Positions 1 through 7,540 of a DNA stretch of 29,668 bases are shown here, one piece after another (position 1 is the stretch's first letter; each line of letters begins with the position of its first letter). The translations under genes were made by a program, and so were the position numbers. The stretch is from Gemmatimonadota bacterium (GTDB lineage Bacteria; Gemmatimonadota; Gemmatimonadetes; Longimicrobiales; RSA9): the NCBI GenBank assembly GCA_040905425.1, contig JBBDRO010000078.1:1-29668 (forward strand). Direction: 5' to 3'. The notes beneath the pieces are model-generated. The model ran no database searches. It was not told where the DNA came from and was given only the letters and a program-made list of their open reading frames with translations.

Positions 1-77
1 ATCGCGGCCGCTCCGAACCGAAGCAGCTCGCGCCGCGTCACCGCGGAGGTCGGCGTTTCCGGATCAGACTTCCTCAT
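1..77 (-). CDS. 5' end of a probable Tat-exported protein (partial, runs off the left edge)
   Basis: Manual translation from ATG 77 gives MRKSDPETPTSAVTRRELLRFGAAA, with a twin-arginine-like motif TRRELLR. A strong SD (GGAAGGAGAGGAG) lies just upstream. Not in the ORF track. Confidence 0.65.
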   Translation of the reverse strand, partial: MRKSDPETPTSAVTRRELLRFGAAA

Positions 78-1348
78 GCTCCTCTCCTTCCTGCCACCAG
101 AGCCACGTCCCAACCAGCACGGCGGAACCGTGAGCAGCCCATCCGATCAGGTGCAGCCGCCGGTGCGGAGGTGACAGCCCGGTCGGCGTCAAGCCCGCCA
201 GGAGGATGCCGGCGCTTACCTGATCCGATATCGGGCACCGTAGCCTGACCGACGTAGAACAGGGCGTCAAATTCCTCAAGGGGGGTCATCTCGAGCGGCT
301 CGATGCCCATGCGGAGGTACGGCGTTGCGATCGACGCCCAGCCGGTCACTTCGGGGTCGCGGTTGCCCCGCACGAGGAGGTAGGTGGCATCCGCACCGGG
401 CGTCGCCATGACAGACTCGATACTCCCCTCTGGCGCGGGCACCGTCTCACGCGCGTTTCGGCCGTTGTCGGCAATCTGTCCCGACCCCATGAAAAATCCG
501 ATCGAGAAGACTGCCTTACCGTACAGGTCCTTCAGGTAGCCCCCGGTGGAACGGGACATCCCGGTGCCGGCGGGAAAGGCGCCGTAACGGGCATGGTCAT
601 TGTGCAGCCAGACCGCCACGCGGCGGCGCCCGTCGATCGAGTCAGCCAGCGCGCTCACCGCGCGCGCCATCCACTCGTCGCGGATCTCGTAATAGCGCAC
701 GGGCGTGTCCGCGTCGGCCAGCTCCGCCGCACCGCGGATCTGCAGCCGGTCGATCCAGCCGGCCGCCAGTTCAAACGTCCAGCGATCCCACCCGTTGCTG
801 GCCGCGGCGGCCTGACGATAGAGCGCGCGAGCGGAATCTCCATTGGCGGCTGCCCATGCGTAGATCCCGCTGCCGAGACCGCCGGATGCTTCCACGAGGT
901 AGAGGGCAGAGTCGAGAGCGGCAATGCGGCGGGCCAGTTCTGGGTCGGACCCGGCCAGCGTTGCCAGCGAATAGGCCGGCCGGGGCTCGGAGTCGAAGCC
1001 CTGCGCCTGGATGTCCATGCCCATCAGCGCCAGCGGCCGGGCGGTGCCGTGGCTGACCTTTACGCGCTGGAAAACGGGCAACAGTTCAGCGTGCTCGAAG
1101 GGGTAGCGTAGGCACGCGTGCAGCGCGTCCACCGTGGTGAGTTCCGCCTTGATCTCCGAGATCGAGCCCACGCCGTGGCCGTTTTCCCCGAGTAGGACGA
1201 TGTGACTGTCGCCGATGGTCCTGCCGAGCGCTTCAAGTTGGGGCGCGAGCGGAGCCGACCGGTCCACCGGGCGCGGTCCGTCCGTTCGGGTGCATCCAGC
1301 CAGACCCGCTGCCACGAGGAGCAGCGTACACCCCCTCCATTTCGGCAT
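74..1348 (-). CDS. Erythromycin esterase (EreA/B-like) family lipoprotein, possibly degenerate
   Basis: Lipobox LAGC. Family-like motifs IVLLGENGHG, GMDIQ, RDEWMA, VWLHNDH and FDALFYV. The segment after EIKAEL looks too short and the tail looks frameshifted (see findings). Confidence 0.7.
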   Translation of the reverse strand: MPKWRGCTLLLVAAGLAGCTRTDGPRPVDRSAPLAPQLEALGRTIGDSHIVLLGENGHGVGSISEIKAELTTVDALHACLRYPFEHAELLPVFQRVKVSHGTARPLALMGMDIQAQGFDSEPRPAYSLATLAGSDPELARRIAALDSALYLVEASGGLGSGIYAWAAANGDSARALYRQAAAASNGWDRWTFELAAGWIDRLQIRGAAELADADTPVRYYEIRDEWMARAVSALADSIDGRRRVAVWLHNDHARYGAFPAGTGMSRSTGGYLKDLYGKAVFSIGFFMGSGQIADNGRNARETVPAPEGSIESVMATPGADATYLLVRGNRDPEVTGWASIATPYLRMGIEPLEMTPLEEFDALFYVGQATVPDIGSGKRRHPPGGLDADRAVTSAPAAAPDRMGCSRFRRAGWDVALVAGRRGA

Positions 1349-1480
1349 GTTTAAATCCCTCGCTGCAGCCGTGAACGCCCATCGCGCGTGGCGCCTCTAC
1401 ACGGGACCGTGGGCAGGGTGCTTGCCGGGCGTCGTCGCCTGATGCTGCTTCGTTGATGTGGCGGACGCGGGTTGATGGCC

Positions 1481-1509
1481 AACGTGCGCACCCACGCCTG
1501 CCGCGTCAA
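1481..1509 (-). promoter_or_regulatory. Putative sigma70-type promoter TTGACG-N17-CACGTT
   Basis: Minus-strand TTGACG (1509-1504), 17-nt spacer, CACGTT (1486-1481). The identical hexamer pair and spacing recur at 3232-3260. Confidence 0.45.
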
Positions 1510-1530
1510 GAATCCTGGTGCGGAGAGCCC

Positions 1531-2610
1531 TCAGCCCGCCCGCTCGAGATAGCGCCGGAACACCGCCGGCAGGCTCGCCGCGTCGAGCGTGGCGGGGTCC
1601 GCCGGCTCCACGGCGCTCAGGGTGTGGAGAAAGAGCGGCGGCGGCTCGCCGGGGGCGGCGGGCTCGGCCAGCAGGTCGGCGGCGGCCTTGGCCGTGTAGG
1701 TGGGGTCCAGCGGCAGGCCGGCGGCTCCGAACACGGCGGCGGCCCGCTCCCCGGCGGGGGTGGCCTGGCCGTAGCCCGCGCCCACCTGGTCGTGGCGCAG
1801 GCGGAGCATGCTCCACGCCTCGCCCGTGGGCACGCGCTCCAGGCCGGCCTCGTGGAGAAGGGTGGCGGTGCGCGTGAGCAGGCGCTGCATGAGGCGCTCG
1901 TTGGTCACCAGGGGCGGCGTGATGCGGACGGCGTGGATGGGGATGGGGCGGTTGGCCAGCGCCAGGCCGAGCGCCAGGCCCACGGCGGTGCCCATGGTGC
2001 CGCTGGCCACGTGGATGCGGCCGGGCGGCTCGTGCGCTCCGCTCTCCAGTTGCTCGGCCAGCTCCAGGCCGGCGCTCACGTAGCCCAGGGTGCCCACGGG
2101 GTCCGAGCCGCCGGCCGGTACCACCCAGGGGCGCTCGCGCCAGTGGCGCAGGCGGGCGGCCAGGACACCCATGGGGATGGCCGTCATGCGGGGCACCCAG
2201 CGCAGCTCGGCGCCGGTGGCGGCGTGCTGGAGGAGGACGTTCCGCACGTGCGGCGTGCGCGGCTGGGGGAAGAGGACCAGGGTGACGTCCAGGCCAGCGG
2301 CGCGGCCGTAGACGGCGGTGGCCAGGGCGTGGTGGGAGCCGGCGGCGCCCACGGTGATCAGGCGGCGCGCCCCGCGGGCCAGGGCGGCGGCCACGATGAA
2401 CTCCAGCTTGCGTACCTTGTTGCCGCCGTAGGAGGCGCCGCTCAGATCGTCCCGCTTGACCAGGATGGTGCGGGGCTCGCCGTCGGGCGGCCGCAGGGTA
2501 AGGGGTTCGAGCGGAGTGGGCAGCCGGCCGAGCGAGCGCCAGGCCAGGCGCCCGGCCAGGCCGGGGGCGTGGCGGAGCAGGTGTGGCGGAGCCGGCTCGG
2601 ACATGGGCAC
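1531..2610 (-). CDS. PLP-dependent D-cysteine desulfhydrase / ACC deaminase family enzyme (DcyD-like)
   Basis: Motifs PTPL, KRDDL, GGNKVRKLEF (PLP lysine), SHHA, ASGTMGT and LDPTYTAKA. Thr at the ACC-deaminase Glu/Leu positions points to a DcyD-like enzyme. Start is GTG 2610 or ATG 2604. Confidence 0.88.
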   Translation of the reverse strand: MPMSEPAPPHLLRHAPGLAGRLAWRSLGRLPTPLEPLTLRPPDGEPRTILVKRDDLSGASYGGNKVRKLEFIVAAALARGARRLITVGAAGSHHALATAVYGRAAGLDVTLVLFPQPRTPHVRNVLLQHAATGAELRWVPRMTAIPMGVLAARLRHWRERPWVVPAGGSDPVGTLGYVSAGLELAEQLESGAHEPPGRIHVASGTMGTAVGLALGLALANRPIPIHAVRITPPLVTNERLMQRLLTRTATLLHEAGLERVPTGEAWSMLRLRHDQVGAGYGQATPAGERAAAVFGAAGLPLDPTYTAKAAADLLAEPAAPGEPPPLFLHTLSAVEPADPATLDAASLPAVFRRYLERAG

Positions 2611-2623
2611 GGGGGTGCAAGTG

Positions 2624-2651
2624 GACGGAGCGGCCGCGACGCCGCTCCGTC
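2624..2651. terminator. Intergenic GC-rich hairpin (11-bp perfect inverted repeat)
   Basis: GACGGAGCGGC (2624-2634), 6-nt loop, GCCGCTCCGTC (2641-2651). No clear U-tract on the minus strand. Confidence 0.4.
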
Positions 2652-2678
2652 AGTTTACGGCCCGGGTGCCAGGGCTGG

Positions 2679-3149
2679 CTAGGCGCTCAGCGCATACGCG
2701 CGCTCCGCCGTGCGGGCGGTGATGCGCATGGGCTCGTGCGGCGCGGGCGTGAAGCTGCGGTGCCCCGCCATGTGCGAGCGGATCACGGTGGCGCACCAGG
2801 CCTGGGCGGCGTGGTAGACGATCTCGTCATCCGTACGTCCCTCAAAGGTGGCCAGGATCGGCCGGTCGAAGGCCGTGACGAGCGCCATCGGCACGTGCGC
2901 CGAGCGCTCCTCTATCCGGTCCAGCACCATGGCCACCCGGCGGGGGGAGTCCGCCGTGTAGGGCACGTTGGCCTCGCGCCGCACGATGTGCCAGGGCGCG
3001 GATACGGTGTAGCCGTCGCTGAAGCGGATCTCGGTGATCATCACGTTCCCGGACAGCTCGGCGCTGCACACGGGACGCGCGGCGTCGGGGGCTTCCAGGG
3101 GTCCCGCCGGGAGCACGGAGGCCAGCAGCTGGACATTGATCGGTAACAT
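2679..3149 (-). CDS. Hypothetical protein (156 aa)
   Basis: Start moved to ATG 3149 because SD AGGAGG lies just upstream (GCAGGAGGTGCAAAATG). Protein-like composition; no motif recognised. Confidence 0.7.
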   Translation of the reverse strand: MLPINVQLLASVLPAGPLEAPDAARPVCSAELSGNVMITEIRFSDGYTVSAPWHIVRREANVPYTADSPRRVAMVLDRIEERSAHVPMALVTAFDRPILATFEGRTDDEIVYHAAQAWCATVIRSHMAGHRSFTPAPHEPMRITARTAERAYALSA

Positions 3150-3231
3150 TTTGCACCTCCTGCATCTATGAGAAAGGACGGGCCGAAACCCGTCCTGAGT
3201 GCCCTGCAGAAGAGCCAGATCGGGTCCACGC

Positions 3232-3260
3232 TTGACGCGCCCAGCCGCGCCGGGCACGTT
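3232..3260 (+). promoter_or_regulatory. Putative sigma70-type promoter of trmJ (probably leaderless mRNA)
   Basis: TTGACG 3232-3237, 17-nt spacer, CACGTT 3255-3260. ATG follows after only 5 nt, with no SD. Confidence 0.5.
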
Positions 3261-3265
3261 CCCGC

Positions 3266-4075
3266 ATGAATCAACCCGCCGACAGCCGCCCGGACGTCCT
3301 CGATCACTTTGTTGTGGTCCTTCATGAGACCCAGGATCTGGTCAATATTGCCGGCACCGTGCGCGCCATGGCCAACACGGGGCTGCGCCGCCTGCGACTT
3401 GTGGCGCCGGTGGAATTCGATGCCTGGCGCATCACGGGCATTGCCCATGGCACGGAGCCGATCGTGGAGGCGGTGGCGTTCTTCGATACGCTGGAGGAGG
3501 CGCTGGCTGACTGCGCGCACGTGGTGGGCACCTCCGCGCGCCGGCGCACGGGCACGTACGTGTGGGCGCACGCGCGCGCGGCCGCGCCCGAGCTGGTGGA
3601 CTTCGCCACGCGCGAGGGCGGCCCGGTGGCGCTCCTCTTCGGCCGCGAGGACAAGGGGCTGTCCAACGAGCAGCTGGACCGCTGCAGCCGCATCATCACG
3701 GTGCCCACGGACCCGGCGCACCCGTCGCTCAACCTGGCGCAGGCGGTGCTGCTGGTGGGCTACGAGATCTGGACGGTGAGCGGCGGCACGGAGCGGCAGC
3801 TACCGCGCCCCAAGCGGGACGCCGCGGCGGCCACCGTGGGCCAGCTGGAGGACGTGTTCACGGACTGGGAGCGGACGCTGGACACCGTGGAGTTCTTCAA
3901 GTCCAGGAACGGGCACGCCATCATGCGGACGCTGCGCGCCGTCTTCCGGCGCGCGGAGCTGAACGAGCGGGAGGCACGGCTGCTGCGCGCCATGGCCATC
4001 GAGGTGCGCAAGCACGTGGAGCGCGTGGTGAGCGGCGTGGTGCGACGGCGGAAGAAGCAGCCGCCGGAAGGATGA
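3266..4075 (+). CDS. trmJ: TrmJ/LasT family RNA 2'-O-methyltransferase (SPOUT)
   Basis: Motifs VVVLHETQDLVNIAGTVRAMANTG, VVGTSARRR, LLFGREDKGLSNEQL and SLNLAQAV, plus a helical C-terminal domain typical of TrmJ. Confidence 0.88.
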   Translation: MNQPADSRPDVLDHFVVVLHETQDLVNIAGTVRAMANTGLRRLRLVAPVEFDAWRITGIAHGTEPIVEAVAFFDTLEEALADCAHVVGTSARRRTGTYVWAHARAAAPELVDFATREGGPVALLFGREDKGLSNEQLDRCSRIITVPTDPAHPSLNLAQAVLLVGYEIWTVSGGTERQLPRPKRDAAAATVGQLEDVFTDWERTLDTVEFFKSRNGHAIMRTLRAVFRRAELNEREARLLRAMAIEVRKHVERVVSGVVRRRKKQPPEG

Positions 4076-4090
4076 AGATGGACGTCGCTT

Positions 4091-4135
4091 AAAACGTCGG
4101 TCCGGTGCCGCTGCCGGGCAGCAACCGGACCGACG
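4091..4135 (-). terminator. Rho-independent terminator between convergent genes
   Basis: Perfect 12-bp inverted repeat CGTCGGTCCGGT (4095-4106) / ACCGGACCGACG (4124-4135) with an inner GCTGC/GCAGC stem. Followed by TTTT on the minus strand. Confidence 0.75.
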
Positions 4136-4163
4136 AATGGAATCCGAGCAGGTGGTCAGAGCG

Positions 4164-4742
4164 TCAGTGGCCGTGCCCGGCACCTCCAGCGCCATGGCTG
4201 TTCATGCCGCCCATGCCGCCCATCATCATGCACCCCATCATCCCCATGTGACCGGCACCGCGGCCTCCCATCATGCCGCTCATGGCGTGGTCCATCCCGG
4301 ACAGCTGCTCCCGCTGGGCGGGGGTCAGCACGTCCTGCGCGGCGACAGCCGTCCTCGCCATAGCCGAATGGGCCTGGACCATTTGATCCGCGGCCGCACG
4401 GAGCGCCGTCTCGTACGCGGCCCAGTCCGGCCGGTCTGCGTCGAGAGCCTCCGCGGCGTCCTGGTGTGCGGCCATCACCTCGGTCATGTGGGAGTGCGCA
4501 CCCGCCTCTTCCTTCAGCGTCTGCAGTCTGGCGACCTGGTCCGCCGACAGGCCCAACGCCTCCTCGTGCTGCAGCACCCTGGCCGGCGGCGGTCCGCCCA
4601 TCATGGCCATGCACTGCTCCATCCCCTGCATGGCTTCCATGCTGTGCGTGCCCTGGCCGGGCTGCGCTTGGCCATGCTGCTGGGCTGCGGCAGGCGCGCC
4701 CATGGCGCTCAGCGCCACGGTCATTGCAACGATCTTCCTCAT
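4164..4742 (-). CDS. Periplasmic Spy/CpxP/ZraP-like protein with Met/His-rich termini
   Basis: Start moved to ATG 4742 (SD AAAGGAG). Signal peptide MRKIVAMTVALSAMGAPAAA. Two LTxxQ-type motifs (LSADQ, LTPAQ). Tail GHMGMMGCMMMGGMGGMNSHGAGGAGHGH. Confidence 0.8.
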   Translation of the reverse strand: MRKIVAMTVALSAMGAPAAAQQHGQAQPGQGTHSMEAMQGMEQCMAMMGGPPPARVLQHEEALGLSADQVARLQTLKEEAGAHSHMTEVMAAHQDAAEALDADRPDWAAYETALRAAADQMVQAHSAMARTAVAAQDVLTPAQREQLSGMDHAMSGMMGGRGAGHMGMMGCMMMGGMGGMNSHGAGGAGHGH

Positions 4743-4808
4743 CTCACGTTCTCCTTTGGATTGCTTCCCGTTATCGAGCTTCCGACACATGAGGATAGCT
4801 ATCGACGC

Positions 4809-4845
4809 GTGAACAGCCGGTGAATCGCACGTGAAGGCTTGTTCA
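4809..4845 (-). promoter_or_regulatory. Operator box A, upstream of the Spy-like gene
   Basis: Minus strand: TGAAC-AA-GCCTTCAC-GTGCG-ATTCAC-CGGCT-GTTCAC. Three TTCAC repeats at exact 11-bp spacing. Confidence 0.65.
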
Positions 4846-4900
4846 TCCGAACGCTGCGCTGGGCCGGCTGCTGCCCATCATGGCGTCGATCCGCAGGATG

Positions 4901-4937
4901 TGAAGGCCTCTTAATGGGCACTTCACAACGGCTTCAC
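4901..4937 (+). promoter_or_regulatory. Operator box B, upstream of the TolC/cusBA operon
   Basis: TGAAG-GC-CTCTTAAT-GGGCA-CTTCAC-AACGG-CTTCAC. 11-bp periodic half-sites. Confidence 0.7.
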
Positions 4938-4994
4938 ACCGGGAGTATCAGATTCTCCGTGTTCAACAACGAGAACTCCGAAGGCGGACGTCGA

Positions 4995-6332
4995 ATGAGT
5001 GGTATCTGGAGATCATGGCGGGCTCCGAGCGCGGCACTGCTCGCCCTTGCGGTCGGGTCGGGGGCGGACGCCCAGACCCGGAGCTCGGGCGTGTCCACGC
5101 CGCCGGCAGAGGGCCAGCTTTCGCTGACGGAAGTCTACGAGCTGGCCCGGGAGCGGAATCCGATGCTGCGGGCGTCCTCGGCCATGGCCGACGCGGTCGA
5201 GACCCGGGCGGCGTCGGCGGGACTGCCGCCGGACCCGACGCTCCAGCTCGGCATCATGAATTTCTCCGTGCCCGGGTTCGAGACGGACATGGCGAACTCC
5301 ATGGCGCCGTCGATCCAGGTCATGCAGATGGTCCCGTTCCCCGGGAAGCTGGGGCTCAGCGCGCAGATTGCCGAGCAGTCGACGGAGATGGCCCGGGCCG
5401 GGGCCGATGAGAAGTGGTGGGACGTGCGCACCATGGCGGGCACCGCCTTCTTCGCGATCTACGAGATCGATGAGAAGCTCGCGGTGATGCGGGAGACGCT
5501 GGGGCTGCTCGAGGACTTCCAGCAGGTGGCCCAGGCCATGTACTCGTCGGGCACGGGCCGCCAGAGCGACGTGCTCCGGGCCAATGTGGAAGTGGCCCGT
5601 ATGGACGCCGAGATCCAGAAGATGGTGGCCATGCGGAAGGTGGCGGTGGCGCGGCTGAACGCGGTGCTGAACCGGCCGGCGGAGACGGCCGTGCCGCGGA
5701 CCGTCCTCCCGGCCTTCCCGGCCTCCTCTGCGGAACCCGGCACGCTCCGTAGCTGGGCCGAGGAGACGCGGCCTATGCTGCTCCGGTCGAAGACGGGTGT
5801 CGAGCAGGCGGAGACCAGGCAGGACCTGGCCCGCAGGCAGATCTGGCCGAATTTCAGCCTCGGCCTCCAGTACGGACAGCGGGACGCCGGCGCCATGGGA
5901 ACCAGCCGGATGGGCAGCGCCATGATCGGCTTCAGCGTGCCGATTTTCGCGCACAGCCGGCAGCTCCGTCAGCGGGATGAGGCCGCGGCCATGCGCTCCA
6001 TGGCCGAGGCGGAGCTCATCGCGGCCCGCGCTGACGTCGACGCGCGGATCGGCGAGCTGCTCGCCGAGCTGGAGCGCGTGCGCACGCTGCTGGATCTCTT
6101 CCGCAACGAAGTCATCCCGCAAGCGGAGGCGAACGTGGAGTCGGCGTTCACCTCCTACCGTGTGGGGAGCGTGGATTTCATGACGCTGGTCGACGCGCAG
6201 ATGACCGCGAACCGGTACGAGCAGGAGCTCTACACACTGATGGCCGACTACGGCCGCGCGATCACAAACCTGGAACGAACGGTCGGTCGGGAGCTGCCCG
6301 CCGACACCGATACCACGGCGGAGGCCCGATGA
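4995..6332 (+). CDS. TolC-family outer membrane efflux protein (CusC-like role)
   Basis: Signal peptide; LPPDPTLQLG; QMVPFPGKL; FSVPIF; AFTSYRVGSVDFMTLVDAQ. ATGA overlap with cusB. ATG 4995 preferred over TTG 4839, which lies inside the operator region. Confidence 0.9.
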   Translation: MSGIWRSWRAPSAALLALAVGSGADAQTRSSGVSTPPAEGQLSLTEVYELARERNPMLRASSAMADAVETRAASAGLPPDPTLQLGIMNFSVPGFETDMANSMAPSIQVMQMVPFPGKLGLSAQIAEQSTEMARAGADEKWWDVRTMAGTAFFAIYEIDEKLAVMRETLGLLEDFQQVAQAMYSSGTGRQSDVLRANVEVARMDAEIQKMVAMRKVAVARLNAVLNRPAETAVPRTVLPAFPASSAEPGTLRSWAEETRPMLLRSKTGVEQAETRQDLARRQIWPNFSLGLQYGQRDAGAMGTSRMGSAMIGFSVPIFAHSRQLRQRDEAAAMRSMAEAELIAARADVDARIGELLAELERVRTLLDLFRNEVIPQAEANVESAFTSYRVGSVDFMTLVDAQMTANRYEQELYTLMADYGRAITNLERTVGRELPADTDTTAEAR

Positions 6333-7528
6333 GCAACAAGAAGCAGATCCTCTATTCGGTGATCCCCCTCGTCCTCGCGGGCGGGGCAGTGGGAATCTAC
6401 TCGCTCCAGGCCGCGCCCGCGGAACAGTCGGGCGCCATGGAGGGGCACAACCACGCGGCCATGGGCGGCGGCGGGGACGACGACCAGCTCAACCCGGTGA
6501 AGCTGACCGACCGCGCGGCCCGGACCATCGGCGTGACCTTCGCCACGGTGAAGCGCAAGCCGCTGAACCGGGAGGTCCGGATGGTCGGAACCGTTGAATA
6601 CGACGAAACGCGGCTGGCGAACCTGAACCCGAAGATCGAGGGGTGGGTGGAGCGGCTCTACGTGGACTTCACCGGCGCTCCGGTCCGGAAGGGGCAACCC
6701 CTGCTCGACCTCTACAGCCCCAAGCTGGTGTCGGCGCAGGAGGAGCTGATCCTGGCGCGCCGCCTGGCGGACGAGGCCACCGGCGAGCGGGCAGAGCGCA
6801 ACGCGCGGACGCTGCTCGAGTCGGCTCGGCGCCGCCTTGCGTACTGGGACATCCCCGCCGAGCAGATCGCTCGCATCGAGGAGACCGGACAGCCAACGAA
6901 GACGCTGACACTGCGCTCGCCCGCCACGGGGATCGTGGTGGAGAAGAACGTGGTGGAGGGCGGCCGGATCATGCCGGGGATGGACGTCTACAAGATTGCC
7001 GACCTCTCCACCGTCTGGGTGGAGGGTGAGGTCTTCGAGAAGGACCTGTCGCTGGCCACGGAGCGGCAGACGGTCGAGGTGGCGTTCGATGCGTACCCGG
7101 GCGAAGTGTTCGATGGGGTGATCACGTACGTCTATCCCACCGTGTCCATGGACTCGCGCACCGGCAAGGTGCGCATCGAGTTGGCCAACCCGGGGCTGCG
7201 CCTCCGACCGGGGATGTATGCCAACATCCGCCTTGCCGTGCCGGGCAACCAGCAGGGGCTCTCGATCCCCCGCTCGGCGGTGCTGTTCACGGGTGAGCGG
7301 GCGGTGGTCTTCGTCCGCCACGAGGACGGCGTCCTGATGCCCCACGTGGTCACCACGGGCCTCGTCGCCAGCCATGAGATCGAGATCCTTGCCGGACTCG
7401 AAGAGGGGCAGCGAGTCGTCACCTCGGCGAGCTTCCTGATTGACGCCGAGTCCAACCTCGGCGCCTCCATGGACGCCATGGGGGGAATGGACGACGGCGA
7501 GACGACGGACCACTCGGGCCACGAGTAA
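6329..7528 (+). CDS. cusB: Heavy-metal RND efflux membrane fusion protein
   Basis: N-terminal TM. GWVERLYVDFTG.PVRKGQPLLDLYSPKLVSAQEE, IADLSTVWV, LRPGMYA, FLIDAESNL. Met/His-rich ends. Confidence 0.9.
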   Translation: MSNKKQILYSVIPLVLAGGAVGIYSLQAAPAEQSGAMEGHNHAAMGGGGDDDQLNPVKLTDRAARTIGVTFATVKRKPLNREVRMVGTVEYDETRLANLNPKIEGWVERLYVDFTGAPVRKGQPLLDLYSPKLVSAQEELILARRLADEATGERAERNARTLLESARRRLAYWDIPAEQIARIEETGQPTKTLTLRSPATGIVVEKNVVEGGRIMPGMDVYKIADLSTVWVEGEVFEKDLSLATERQTVEVAFDAYPGEVFDGVITYVYPTVSMDSRTGKVRIELANPGLRLRPGMYANIRLAVPGNQQGLSIPRSAVLFTGERAVVFVRHEDGVLMPHVVTTGLVASHEIEILAGLEEGQRVVTSASFLIDAESNLGASMDAMGGMDDGETTDHSGHE

Positions 7529-7540
7529 GGGAGTAGCAGA

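Noticed and set aside
74..1348. Functional macrolide resistance gene
   Set aside because: Family membership alone does not imply erythromycin hydrolysis, and the gene appears to lack a conserved segment.
1531..2610. True ACC deaminase (acdS)
   Set aside because: It has DPTYT and FLHT rather than the DPVYE and YAHL signatures of ACC deaminase.
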